DNA of 64,000 nucleotides from Prorocentrum cordatum (Eukaryota), in NCBI GenBank assembly GCA_963575745.1, contig CAUYUJ010000078.1, positions 1 to 64,000 of the forward strand, read 5' to 3'. Below, one piece after another: positions 37,214 to 49,499 of the stretch. Positions within the stretch are counted from its first letter, which is position 1, and the number at the start of each line of letters is the position of its first letter. A program made the position numbers and the translations under genes. The notes under the pieces were generated by a model, which was not told the DNA's origin, did no database searches, and worked only from the letters and a program-made list of their open reading frames with translations.

Positions 37214-39210
37214 ATGGAGTGGGAATCGGACGCCCGTGGCTCGTCGGATGGCGGCGCCGACTGGGAGTCTGCTTCAGCCGCCCATGCAGATGAAATGGAC
37301 GACGTGGCAGGGCGTAGCGATGCTGGGGATTCAGATGCTCGGTGTAGCGAGGCTAGAGACTCCGATGTGGAGAGGTCGGCAGGCAATATGTTTGTCGACT
37401 GCTGCTTGGGCCTGCTCCTGGCCAGAGATCTCACGTTCAAGAGCTTCTGCATTATTATGTGGCTGGCTGGGCGAGCTGGGATTTCGGAGGCCGAGCAATA
37501 TGGCAGGTCACCAGGTTGCAAAAGTGGTCATTACGCGAGACACTGCAAAAGGAAATTCGGAATCTGGGGCGATCGAAGTGCCATGTACGAAATAATTGTG
37601 CCTGGTCGGAAGCGGCGTCAAGTGGGTAGAGTTCCAGTCAAATTCAGCCCCTGTCCAGGGCACGAGCTTCTGCAACAAGATTTGGTTGACAACCCACAGA
37701 CTCTTGATGTGCTGCAGCGCCAAATTTGCCAGGGGAAACTGCCGCAATGCTACGTTGAGAACTCTGTTGTGCGGCAGCATGCGTGCGCGCCAGTTACCCC
37801 ATTAGCTTTATTCGGCGATGGCCTGCCATACTCACAAAAGGACTCGCTCATCGGATGGTGGATCGTAAACTTGATCACAGGGAGGAGGTACTTGTGCGCA
37901 GTATTGCGCAAGGCCATGGTATGCCGCTGCGGCTGTCTAGGTTGGTGCACCATGCATTGTTTATGTTTTTTTTTTTGTTTTTTCAGGTGGGAGTTCGAGT
38001 GTTTGGCGAGGGGCGAGTTCCCTCGAACCCGCCATGACGGGTCCGACTGGTTAGACAGCGATGCCTATCGAAAGGATCAGGCAGGACTCCCCTTGAAGGC
38101 CCTGCCTGCCTCCTCTACATAGAAGGGGGTTGGGCAGAATATGCATCTTCGCTTGGGTTTTCCCACTTGGGGCGATTCCCTAAGACCTTGCATATGGTGC
38201 AATGCAAAATTGCTCAACTTGTTTAACATTGCTGGCGTTACAGATACGTCAAGCGGTTGCTTTCGGGAAAATACACCGCTTGATTATGAAGTTGCATGCT
38301 CTCGATGTGAGCGACTCGTCGTGCTCTCCCCTAGTGACCACGCGATACTCGTCGCTTCACTAGAATATGATAAGCGGGACGGCGGGCCAAGAGGCGCGGC
38401 TGTCACGAGAGACCTGCCGAGCTTGGGGCTTCGCGCAGGGATGCGGGTGGAGCCATCCATATTTCTTTCAGATGTAGAAGAAGTGTTCTCTATCACCACC
38501 CTCCCCCCCCCCCCCCCCCAGTTCTATGTTGGGAGCGTGGCAACGAGTCCATGACATGGCATCGCAATCCTATGTTCGATGCACCTTGCTCGCATATTGG
38601 CATCACGGCAATGGGGGTGATGACCATCGATTCCTTGCACTGCCTGTATTTGGGAGTATTCAGAAATTTCGTAGCTGTACTTGTGTGGTTTTTTTTGTTA
38701 TGGGCGGATGGTGGAGCGCCGCGCATGGCGCGATTGAAGAGCGGATCGAGGCATCCCTCATGATGTTTCGCAGTCGATTGATGTCATGGTATAAGCAAAG
38801 GCGGGCCCTTCGACCAAACGAGGTCCTCACAGAAGTTGGAGACATCAGTCGAAGCATGACTGGTGGCAGCCAGTCGGGAACTATTTCGTTCAAGGGAGCT
38901 GAAGCGCGGGGCGTCCTGCTGTTTCTACTAGATGAGCTTCAAGCAAGTCGCATGTCTCATCGTTACTTGTCTGCTGGGCGAGCATTGGAGCAACTCGTCG
39001 AATGTTGGGGTTCAGATGGGTGGCGATTGACAAGCGAACAGGTGCTGGCAAGTTTCCGACATTTTAACACATTTGCGAGTCTCACATCAGACGTCCCAGA
39101 GTTAGAAATACCCAAGCGTCATTTGTTTGCTCACATGGTGCGGCATTTGCGATGGTTTGGCAACCCTCGTTTTTACGCGAACTGGACCAACGAGTCCAAC
39201 ACCAAACGTG
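37214..39210 (+). pseudogene. EnSpm/CMC-like DDE transposase, frameshifted
   Basis: PLALFGDGLP, CRCGCLGWCT, YIEG(G)WAEY (KGDW-like), RPCIWC, IDSLHCLYLGV (DxxH), IPKRHLFAHM, GNPRFYANWTNESN; frameshifts near 38100, 38160, 38520 and 38700. Confidence 0.75.
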
Positions 39211-39690
39211 CTGAATTCGGTCAACCGACAAATGGCAGACCGCGATCAAGGCGGCCGCTAGCGTCGCTGCAAACACTCGGCGGGAGTAGGAAGAGGATAG
39301 GAGAAGGAGGAGGAGGAGGAGGAGGAGGGGGGGGGAGAGGAACAACTATACGAAACAATGGAAGGAGGTCGTCGATGTGTGTTTCTTGTGTTTGGGAGCC
39401 CTGGGGAACCTGGGGCACGGCCCTGGGCGCTGGGCGAATGTTTTTTTTGTTTGGGCGAGGCCCTGGGACAAGTGGGGCGGGAGGACGGCGACGCCGACGA
39501 TGGCGGCGACACCTCCTTTCCCACGCCGTGGAGCACGGCTCGGCTCGTGGACGGCACCTTCGCGCACGAAATCGCGGGCCCCGCCGCGAAGGAAGGAGGG
39601 CGAGGGGGAGGAGGAGGAGGAGGAGGAGGAGGAGGAGGAGGGGAGGAGGAGGAGGAGGAGGATGAGGAGGGGGAGGAGGAGGAGGAGGAG

Positions 39691-42600
39691 TCTCGTCTCG
39701 TCTCGACCCCATTCAAGCAAATCTCCATGGACGGCGATGGCTGCTCTGGGTTGGGGTTGACATCTGTGTCTCCCCTCTCTCAAACTGCTGTGCGCGGGAG
39801 GCCTGCTGCGCGGCTGGCGCAGGCGACATGCGCCTCGATTGGCGCCCGCACGGGGGGCGCGCTAACGGGGCGCCCGCCAGACGGGGAGAAGCGTTACTCC
39901 AGGAAGTCCGAGAGCAGAAAAACGACCCATTTGGAACGAAAGGGGTCGTTTTCTATGATTGCGAAAAAAAGGCACGAGCGACTTCCTCCTCGGCATCATT
40001 GAGGTCAGGTGGGGCCGCGCTGCCAGTGTTGGAGCTGCTTCCAAACAGGCGACGAGGTGGGCGAGCGCTGCCCGAGGTCACGGACGGGCGGGGGGACCTA
40101 GGAGGACTGTCTAAACCAGGCGGTGGCCTCACTCGATGGAAACTCACTTGCCCTTCCTGCCGCCTCCGATGCGCCTGGCCAAGTTCCCCCTCGGTGCCTT
40201 GTTGACTAGGTGGCGGCCTCCTGCCGCGCGCATCTGCTCCGCTAGGAGCAGGTCGATGTCGATCATGTACCCCTTCATCTGGTAGACGGTGGTGGGGGTC
40301 TCGTTGGGGCTCACCTGCTTGATCGCGTCGTCGGCGCCATCGAGCGCTGCCATGAGCTTCTCGTGATCCGCCGCTTCCGCGGCCATGAATATCTGTCCTT
40401 TGAGGCTGAAAGTAAGGCGTGACTTCTGGGCCTTGCCTGGCGCGTCGTAGGTTGGGTTGGCCACCATCTCCTGGATCCATGTCTGCGCTGTCGTGGAGCC
40501 CCCGACCTCGATCATCCTCTTGAGGCGCTTGATGCACATCGTGCAGGCGGCCCTCCGCTCTGAGGTACCCTTGTACTCGTAGCTGCTCAAAACGTCGAGA
40601 ACCGCGAAAGCACTCTGGCACGCGGGGGTGGCGTGGTCCTGCTGGGGGTGGTCCTTCTGCTGCTTGAGGAACCGCTGGAACGCGGCGTTGCTCTCTCTGA
40701 TGCACGGGTGGTTGCGATCGAGGAGCACGGTGGTGAACCCCTGGTGCTCGATGGCGCGCATCCTGGCCTCGAGCTGGTACACCAGGTCGCGAAGTGGGCC
40801 TGCTGTCTCCTCGCTGTCGTCCATGCCCTCGTCCTCGTTGCCGTTGTGCTTCCTCTGCTTGCGCTTCTCCTGACGGTCTGTCCCGCTCCCCTTCTTGTGT
40901 AGGATCCAGTCGGCTGCGGGCGCGGATGCGGCCGCCTCGCCACTCCCTCGCGCCGCCATGGCCAACTCCCTGAGGCTCTCGAACGTGGAAACTGGGCGGG
41001 AGGTGGCGCTTGATGTGTGCGGCAGCGTGATCGAGATAGCTGGCTAAGGAGTCTTGTTCCTCGAAACAGACAGGGCATTCCAGGCTCTTGGGTTCGATCA
41101 TTTTGTCCCCGTATCTCACTCGGTTCTTGGGGCAATAATTCCGTCGCATGCTTGCCGCCACGTGGTGCACTGCGCTGGCGCGATCACGGAAGACGCTCTG
41201 ACAGATCGGACACACGTTGGTTATAGTGAGTACTCGGCCGATGTGCAACTGCCCATGCGACCCCCCTCGAGAATTGGCGACGCGCGCGACCAACTGTTTC
41301 CTACTGGGCCAGCAAGTCCCGCATATCATGCCATCGTCCCACGTCTCCTGGCACACGAAGCTGCCCTCCCCCCTCTCCCTGTCCTTCTTCCTCTCCTCAT
41401 CCTGTCCAGTGTAGAACACCGACCTGAGCTCATCAACATCTATCTTGACAAACTGATCTGGATCGTCGAACAATATGGTGTGAATGTTGTTGTTAGTGAT
41501 GAGTTCCTGCCCGCTCTCCGTCTCGCGCAACGCCAGGATGTCCTGCTGCGCTTGTCGCGCCCATGGGTTGCTGTTCTCATGTACGTAGCCCTCGCGAAAC
41601 ACCCCCCCCCCCCCCCATCGCATATCATACTGCCAAAGACTGCCGACAAGTATTGTGCATGATACTCTTTTCGAGCAACCATTGTCCGAAGCCATTTAAG
41701 ACGCCTGATCCGAAGCTCCAAGAATAGACTGGCCATTCTGAACTTCTTAAGAACCTGCAGGTTGCTATCCGTGATAATGTGCGTGTCATGCTCGTTCATG
41801 CGTGCAGTACCTTGTAGCATGCCTCTACATTTACTCAGTATGTAGCTCTGATGTGGCTGGAGGTCTCGTGCGCGCAGCGGGCCTCCCTCATGGACACATA
41901 CCTCCAGTCCTGACAGCGCGGCGTTCACGAGAAGTCCTTTTACGACGTTCCTCTTGACGGCGAACGGGGCATCACTAGACCAAAACCCTCCCATACTGTG
42001 AAATCCTGCTTTTAGAGCTGCAAGTCGCTTCTGAAGTTCGGGAAGGGGGGAGAAGGTAGACGACTGGAGGCCTCCAAGATACCTGACATGGTGAGCGACT
42101 TTGCCGTCTAACCGATGTTTGTCCCTGGAGAAGACCCTGTTTGTGGCATGCGCCCCCCACCCAGCCAGATAGCACACGTTTTCCTCTTTCTCTAGATTCT
42201 GAGACGCGCCTATCTCGTGTAGTCCAGTGTCGAGCGCTGTGTTCTCGATGGTACCTCCTCTCTCCAACTGCTCCTGCATGCTGCCCTCCCCAACCTCTAA
42301 GACCTTGGTGGCGATATCATCTACGAAGCCCGTGATGCCTACCTGCTCCTCTTCCGCTGGCCACGGAGGACTCGTCTCCAGGACGACGTGCCACTGGTTC
42401 TCTAATGCCGCATCAGCATATCTTGCGAACGGGGGGAGATAGGTCCTGTTGAACAACTTCGCAGCGCCTGTGTCCCCTGGAAAGACGCCCCTGGTGGCCC
42501 GCATCCAGAAGTCCCCTGACTCATCCGAGATGTTAACTAAATTGCGCTTGACCCGATCTGTGATGAACTGATGGTCCTGGGGGTCGTAGCAGTCTTGCGC

Positions 42601-43850
42601 CGCCTCTAGAATGCTTTCCTGATGCAAGCTGTAGAACGCGTTGACGGCATCGTGACATCGAAGCAGGTGCGACACCCCTCCAGCTTGCAGACGATACGAC
42701 GACACGAGCTGGACGCCCATGGCTTCCCCCCTCCGTCTCCCGCTTATCCCTCCATATATCCACGACGGTGCTGTCCACTGAGGGCTCTTCCTCCGCAGGA
42801 GAGAGGCGTTGCATGTGCGGCCAAGCGTGCACATCATCATGATCAACCGCTCACCGTCACACTCCACTTTGCGGTTGCACTTCGGGATCCTAGCAGCTTG
42901 CGCACAGCGCCAGCGAACGGGCGTGCGACTCGTGCGGCGGCACCCTGCGAGCAGGGCCTGGAGCATTCCACGCGTGGTCGGGATCCTGGGAAGCTCCTGA
43001 TTATACCCAAGGCCCATGAGAGTCACTGGCTTCCTGTCGTTCATTTTGTGCGGGAAGAAAACGAGTCGCAGGCACTCGGGGGGAACGCTCCACACAGGCC
43101 ACGATCTCCAGAATTTCAATTTCCATACGGTGGTGGACATCTCCCGCCAGTCTTCCGCTGCAAGGTACGCCGCTGCACTGTCTTCCATGCGCTCCCGTCG
43201 CTCATCTCTCATGTCCTGAACGGCCTGCTCTACTGTGTAGGAGATCGCTCGGCACCCTCCTCTATCAGGTTCAAGTTTCAACCGTTGCGCCCACGCACAG
43301 GCCGAGGCAGCTGATCCTGGCACCACCGCAAACCTTCTCTGTCTCGGCCCCCGGCGCTTTCCAGCGATGAGTCTCGCGAGTTTTTGAACCAAGTATCCGT
43401 TTTGGTCCTTGAGGGCCTGAGTCATTTCGGCACACCGTCTCTTCTGGATCTGCTCCCAGTACGCACGTGCAGTATCCTTGAGCTGCTTGCTGATGGTGCG
43501 TATGCGCGTGCTCATATCGTTCACAATGCTGGCGTCGCCGTCGACATGTGCGTGCTCCTCCTTGTATCTCCTCCTCCTGGCCAATAGTGTGCGCAACTCA
43601 GCTGCATGTGCTTTGCGATCTTCCGTGTAGAGAGGGCTGTCTCGCAACGCGTCGGCAACGGCTTCATTCAACGCGTTGATGAGCAACGTGTTCATTGTGT
43701 CTATATCCTCCGTCCTCTGGGTCTCAGCGAACTCCTCCCCCTTGCTCTCCGCCGCCTCCTCCATCTTCCTAAGCACCTCCTGACGCATGTACCCTACCTG
43801 AACGCACTGATACAAGGCTTCGCGGTTTGCCCGTGGACGAGCAACCCTCG
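39691..43850 (-). mobile_element. 5'-truncated non-LTR retrotransposon (LINE B) nested in the TIR element
   Basis: RT: YGGISGRRR, HDAVNAFYSL, GVFPGD, GFVDDI, VRYLG; C2H2 fingers (CPICQSVF..HHV, CPVC..H..H); frameshift near the C-run at 41600-41640; (GAGAC)3 tail; (CCT)n on both sides in element orientation; no endonuclease domain left. Confidence 0.88.
40144..40959 (-). CDS. Extra 271-aa ORF overlapping the 3' end of the LINE B RT ORF (+1 frame), function unknown
   Basis: ATG at 40959 (MAARGSGE), ends GGRHLVNKAPRGNLARRIGGGRKGK*; same position, frame and C-terminal APRG motif as in LINE A. Confidence 0.75.
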   Translation of the reverse strand: MAARGSGEAAASAPAADWILHKKGSGTDRQEKRKQRKHNGNEDEGMDDSEETAGPLRDLVYQLEARMRAIEHQGFTTVLLDRNHPCIRESNAAFQRFLKQQKDHPQQDHATPACQSAFAVLDVLSSYEYKGTSERRAACTMCIKRLKRMIEVGGSTTAQTWIQEMVANPTYDAPGKAQKSRLTFSLKGQIFMAAEAADHEKLMAALDGADDAIKQVSPNETPTTVYQMKGYMIDIDLLLAEQMRAAGGRHLVNKAPRGNLARRIGGGRKGK

Positions 43851-44062
43851 CAGGAGGAGGAGGAGGAGGAGGACGCAAGGAGGAGGAGGAGGAGGAGGAC
43901 GCAAGGAGGAGGAGGAGGAGGAGGAGGAGGGGGAGGGGGAGGAGGAGGGGGACGGGGGGGGGGGAGGCGGTGGGGGGGGGGCGAGGAGGGGGGGAAGGGG
44001 GGGCGGGATGGGGGGGGAGGAGGAGGAAGAGGAGGAGGAGGAGGAGGAGGCCGCTTCTCCTT

Positions 44063-44098
44063 ACCGTAGCCATATTGCTCAAAGCCATGTGGTTCAAA
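44063..44098 (+). other. Tandem spliced-leader relicts
   Basis: ACCGTAGCCATATTGCTCAAA followed by GCCATGTGGTTCAAA; the first 11 nt are identical to SL. No convincing ORF downstream. Confidence 0.8.
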
Positions 44099-44816
44099 TG
44101 TGTTCCAACTCTGGCGTTCAATCCACGATTGCTCTTCTGCGAGACCAGAGTGGGCGGCGCGCGTCCACCACGGCGGGCGCGCGCAACAAAAGCTCCAGCA
44201 CGACAGTGCTTTCAACCAGGGTATATTACCCACAATCTACACGACGAGCGAAAATTCCAACACGGCCCGCTCCCCGACCACTTGGGCGTTCAACCGCTAC
44301 AATCAGCTGCAGCTCCAAGGCAACGGCGTTTTCGCCCACAGCGCGCTCACCAAAAGCCAGCGGTAGTTCCAGCACGACGGTGTCTCCATTCACTGGAAGT
44401 CCACTTGCTGGGGGTGCGTCCCGCCGCCGTTCCAACGCAACGCCATCCACGGCCCCTCGGGGCCCAACTGTTGCGAGAGGGGCGACGCCTACGGAAGACA
44501 ACGGGCTTCACACCACCCCTTGGCCGCGCAGCGCGCATGGGGCGGTCGGCGCGCGCGCCCGACTGCGCAAACACCCCCCGCAATAGCGCAACGCATTCCA
44601 ACCGGCGACGTGGATTCACATCGGACGCGCGTGCAACGCGCGCCCATGTGATCACGGCCAACATAAGCACACGCACCAAACGTCCGCAACATGCGGATGT
44701 AATTCGCTGTTGCGTTTCATACGGGCATTAATTCGATACGCCGTTCACGTGCTTAGATTTCAAGGCGTTATTATAATGCCTGGGGCCTTAGATCTAAGGC
44801 CCCTGGGACCACAGGG

Positions 44817-46100
44817 ACATTCCTCTTGCCCCGGTTCGTAAAGAGCTCCGTGCGATCGCGCGAACCTAGTCACTGGAATTATTACAAGCCAGGGGCGTCT
44901 GCCAACGCGAGAAACTTCCGGTCCATCGCGGTGCCCTCGCAAGTTGGGAAGCGCTTCAGGGCCCTCACTCGCGCCAGCGTCTCCTCGGCTGCACCGTCGG
45001 CGGCTCGAGACAGGCAGCGCGGAGGTCTCGCGGGAAGGGGCGCCGAATTTGGGGCCTTTGGGCTGCGCGCGCCAGCAGACCGCCGCCGATGGAAGCCGCT
45101 CGGGCGTTTTGCAAGTCGGTCCGCGAGCTGGTGTTTCGCGCCTCTGCCGATGACGAATCAATCGCTCGCCTCCTCACGTTTTGCGCGCCCCCATCCAAAG
45201 GCCACCCAGAACTTGGCCGCTTGCATACATGAAAAACTCCCGTTCTTGGCAGGGGGCCCACAGAAGACGCGCGCGCCCAGCTACGCACATGAACACGGCC
45301 CCTTGACCCGCGAGACTGGCCGCGTTATACGAGCATCCGCGCAATGCGAAATCTCGAAAACAGCGCGTATTCACGCGCGCGCACCTCCTTCTGTCGCTCC
45401 TGACTTGGGGCGCTGCGCAGCTCAATGGCTCCAGGTCAGTGCGCGCCCAAAAAATCGGGGAAGTCTGCATTCCTTGTCTAACGTCGGGGACCGTCGTTCT
45501 CGACTTGCACAACGCCATTCCCAGGCGCGCGCATGCCGCGGGCACTGCGGCGTTGCGCGCTGTTCGAATATGGACTCACCCACGCGAGCACGCCGGCGTC
45601 TATGGGTCCAGAGCAAGCTCACAGAGCGATCGGGTATCTCAGGGCCTGCCAGGCCCATCGTTCAGCCATCGAAGAGCATGCGTCCCTCACTTTTTCGTGG
45701 CTCGCTCGTCTGCTCGGGTCGCCCTTTCCGATCCAGCGCGCGGGGGTGCTTGGCAGAAGCGCAGCACGCGCAACTGCAAGATGGCATGCCCAAGGATCAT
45801 CGCACAACCGCACGCCTCCCGCAACGAGGCAACACGGCCATGAACCATCAATGTTCTATGGCAGCTCTGAGCCGCCATCCGCTTCCTGCGCTGCTATCTG
45901 CCCACAGGCTCTGCCTGTCTGGACGCGGGCAACGCCTGAATAATTTGCGAAGGTGTTCCTCCCAAGAGCGCGATTCCCGCGTGCACTGCGAATTTATTAC
46001 GAAGAAACATCAAGCGGGCACTGCTGTTTTTGCAAAAGGGGGGGCCAGAGGCCCAATTTGGCGACGCCTCACTTTGACTTAAAAAACCGCGCACGAATCC
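44817..46100 (+). pseudogene. Degraded LINE RT domain, probably the continuation of LINE C
   Basis: FVKSSVRSREPSHW..YYKPG..RNFRSIAVPSQVGKRF and QRGGLAGRG resemble LINE RT N-terminal motifs; appears to continue from 30160-30261. Confidence 0.6.
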
Positions 46101-48049
46101 CAGAAGAAGCACTTCAACTGAAAAAATCAATGGTTGCCGGAAGGGGGGAACCAACAATTCTCATCCTTGATAAATGAGACTTCAACAAACGACAAAAACA
46201 CCAATAATTTGAGACCGCGCACTCTTATCTGATCCCTAACGCTCGGCACTCGCCCTTTGCGTTTTCGATCATGCCCCCCTCGGGAGCATCTCTTCCGAAC
46301 CTGCCACGCGAATGCAGTGCAGCCTCTAAGGCAGCGGAAGAAAAGGCGGATGAAGGGGCGGGAAGGACGGAACACAAGAGAGAAACTAGCAGGAGATGGG
46401 CTACCAGCAGAAAACACGCGTGGCGCCTGAAGAAACTGCAAGGGTGTCCCACGCGAGTTCGTGATTCCTGCGTTGAAGCATGACGAAGTCCCTCGCGAGA
46501 GCGCGATTCGGGAATAAAATGTAGTGAAATAGGAGGCGGGGGCCTTGGCTCCCGGCCCGCTCCGGCCCCAGCCCCGGCCCAGGTCCTGGCCCCGGCGCCC
46601 TCCATATCTACAACCCGTGGCCTCCCAGATGCCCTAAATGCCGAGTGTAGCTTCAAAACAGCGAACGAAGCCTGGATGTCGCCCCAAAAGGGCTCCAAGA
46701 CGCCCCGAATGGTCCTGATAGGCAACCGGCGTCGTCGTCAACATCCTCGCCATTATCTTCCTTCTTCTCCTCCTCATGATCGCCACGCTCTACTCGCCCC
46801 TGCCCTTCCTTCGTGCCCACCCCCCTCCACCTGCACACGCGACCCTGCTCTCCCAAATTTCCTCCTATTAATTTCCCCCCTGTGATCCTACTCCTCGTTC
46901 GCCTTTTCCTCTGGTCCCCCTCCTCATTTTCCTCCCCATGCTCCGCGCCATCCTCCCCAACCTCAAGGTCGGCGGCACCGGCCGTAAGGCCTTCGCAATA
47001 GCCGGCGGGAGCCGCTGTTGTCGTAAACTGGGAGGCCAGGGGCACAGTTTGAGCAGGAAGAGTTCCCGCAGTAAAAACACAGCGAGCCCCGGGAGGGAGA
47101 AAACACGTATTCAACACGAACGCGTGAGTCCTGCATACCTCGCCAGGAAGTCTCGGGCGAGAGCTCGATTCCTAAGAAAATAACAATGAAGTCCCAAGCG
47201 AGAGCGCGAGTCCTGAATAGCCAGGGTGTGGTGCCTGGGTCATTTTCAAGGACGTCGCAGGCGAGAGCGCGATCCTTGTACAAATTGCAAAGAAATCCCT
47301 AGCGAGAGCGCGATCCCCAATAAACTGCGAGGAAGTATCAGGCGGGAGCAGTTGCTGTTGTTGTAGCCTGGGGGCCAACAACGCAGGTTGAAGAGGGTGC
47401 GAGCCCCAGGAAGGGAACTTCAATTGAAAGAACACATGTTACTGGAGGGAGTGAATCAAGAACAACTATTCGTCAGTAGTGGGAACTCACCGACAAGAAC
47501 AACATTACCAAAACGATCACCACTAAGAATATCACCATCATCACATGAACACCCCCATCGCCAACATCTTCACCACCATCATCACAACCACCATAGCCAT
47601 CACCATCATCATCCGCTGCAGTATCGCGATCGCATTCATCAAGCGCATCATCCACATCAGCATCACCATCATCATCCACTTATTCACATTATTCATGTTT
47701 CTTCTGCCCCCGGAGCCTCCTCCCACCTCCTCCTTCTCCTTATCCATCGGCGGCCACAAATTGCCGAAAAACTGAAAGCCGACCGAACCGATAACGAAAC
47801 CAAATCCGATCGAAACCAAATGGGCGCCTGCATAACCGAATTAAGCCGACCAAAACCGACCGAACGCAAAAATCGAAGCGACGCCGAAGACAGAACCGAT
47901 GCGAAGCGACGCCGACGCCGAAGCGACACGAAACCGAAGCGACGCCGAAGCCGAAGCCGAAGCGACGCGACGCGAAGACCGAAGCGACGCTGAACGTAAA
48001 GGGCCGGCGCGCGTCCTTTGAACTGCGCACGTGCCACCGCCCCTTCTGC

Positions 48050-49260
48050 CGTCCCCAGGGCGACCCCGGAGACCCCCGTTCCACTGGGTACCCCCGCGGG
48101 CCCCTGGATGCCAAAGAAACCTTTCTTGAACCGCCCGGAAATGCGATTCGCGCATCCCAGACCCCCGACGTAATGATTTTTTCATTACGTCGACCTCCAG
48201 TGGTCCCAACCCTTTCCCCATGACCGGCTTTGCATCCTGACTCGTTTTTTGACGCTCCCGAGGCCCGGTGAGGGCCCCCAGAGGCCGAAAAGTAGGAAAA
48301 ACCTCCCGTCATGATTCTTTCATTACTCGAGGGGGTCTGGGATTTCCACCATCCTCATCGTTTCGGCCGTCCCTGGGGCAGCCGTGGAGACATCCGCTCC
48401 CGCCCGGTGACCCCCGCGGGCCCCTTGTCGCCGGGCGGCCACGGAGGCCCCCGCAGGCCTCCTGGCCCCGAGGGCCCCCTGCAAGCCCCAGCCCAACAAG
48501 CCTCCTCGGGCCGCACAGGAATGCGATGCGGGCTTTTGTACCACCCCTTCGGCCGCCCACAGACAGGCCTGGAGGGTTCCCTCTCCCGTTGGGGCCCCGT
48601 CGTCCCGGGGGCCGCCCGCAGGCGCCCTGGGGGCCCAAAAAATATGTTTCAACCGTCTGCGGATGCGATTCTTGCATTTTGGCCGTCCCCGGGCGGCCCT
48701 GAGGCCTCCGGGCCCCCTCGCCCAGACGACCACCCGCAAGCCCCTGACAGCCCAAAGAACATGTTTGAACCGCCCAAGAGTACGATTCGGGTTTTTCCAC
48801 CGCCTGTTCGTCCGTCACCAGGCAGCCCTGGAGGTCCCCGTTCCCGCTGGGACTCCCTCGTCCCGAGCGCCCCGCACAGGTTCCTGGGGGTCCGAAACAC
48901 ATAAGCCGCAGCAGCGCGGCATCAGCGCGACAATGACGATGGTAGGGCGGAGGCGGCGGCCTCGGGAGGCCAGTGCTTGACCCTGGGACCACGGAGGAGA
49001 AAGAAACAAAAAACAAAAAAAACATGCACGAGGGAAGGGGTCGAGAAATCCGGGGCTCCCCTCGGCGCCCGACGACGTCGGGTCCACCTTCGTTGTTCAT
49101 TCCTCCCTGCTCTCTCTTCCCTCCATTGTCCTGAGGCCCGCCGCAAGCCCCTGGGGGCCGAAAAACATGTTTGAACTGCTCGGGAATGCAATTTGGGCGG
49201 TTCGGCTGCCCTTTCGGCCGTCCCAGGGCGGCCCTGAAGGGCCCTTTTCTCGCCCAGGCT
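48050..49260. repeat. Degenerate repeat array (GCCCCTGG..CCAAA.AACATGTTTGAACC..TGCGATT; TTTCGGCCGTCCC)
   Basis: Related blocks at ~48100, 48361, 48623, 48735, 49143 and 49213. Confidence 0.65.
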
Positions 49261-49299
49261 CCATCGTCAGGCCACCCTACTCCCTCCTTGCTCCTTCTC

Positions 49300-49400
49300 C
49301 TGCTGCTGGTGCTGCTGCATGTGCTGCTGCTGTGGTGATACTGCTGTGGTGCTGCTGCTGTGGTGCTGCTGCTGTGGTATTGCTGGTGTTGTGGTCCTAG

Positions 49401-49465
<65 letters not shown>

Positions 49466-49467
49466 TA

Positions 49468-49499
<32 letters not shown>

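Larger units (their letters stand above)
30262..44816 (+). mobile_element. About 14.5-kb TIR DNA transposon, EnSpm/CMC (CACTA/Plavaka)-like
   Basis: TIR CCCTGTGGTCCCA[C/G]GGGCCTTA at 30262-30283 and (reverse complement) 44795-44816, 21/22 identical; subterminal ATAATGCC(T)GGGCCTT repeats at both ends; internal transposase; flanks rejoin as a LINE RT reading frame. TSD unclear (AA/AC). Confidence 0.8.
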
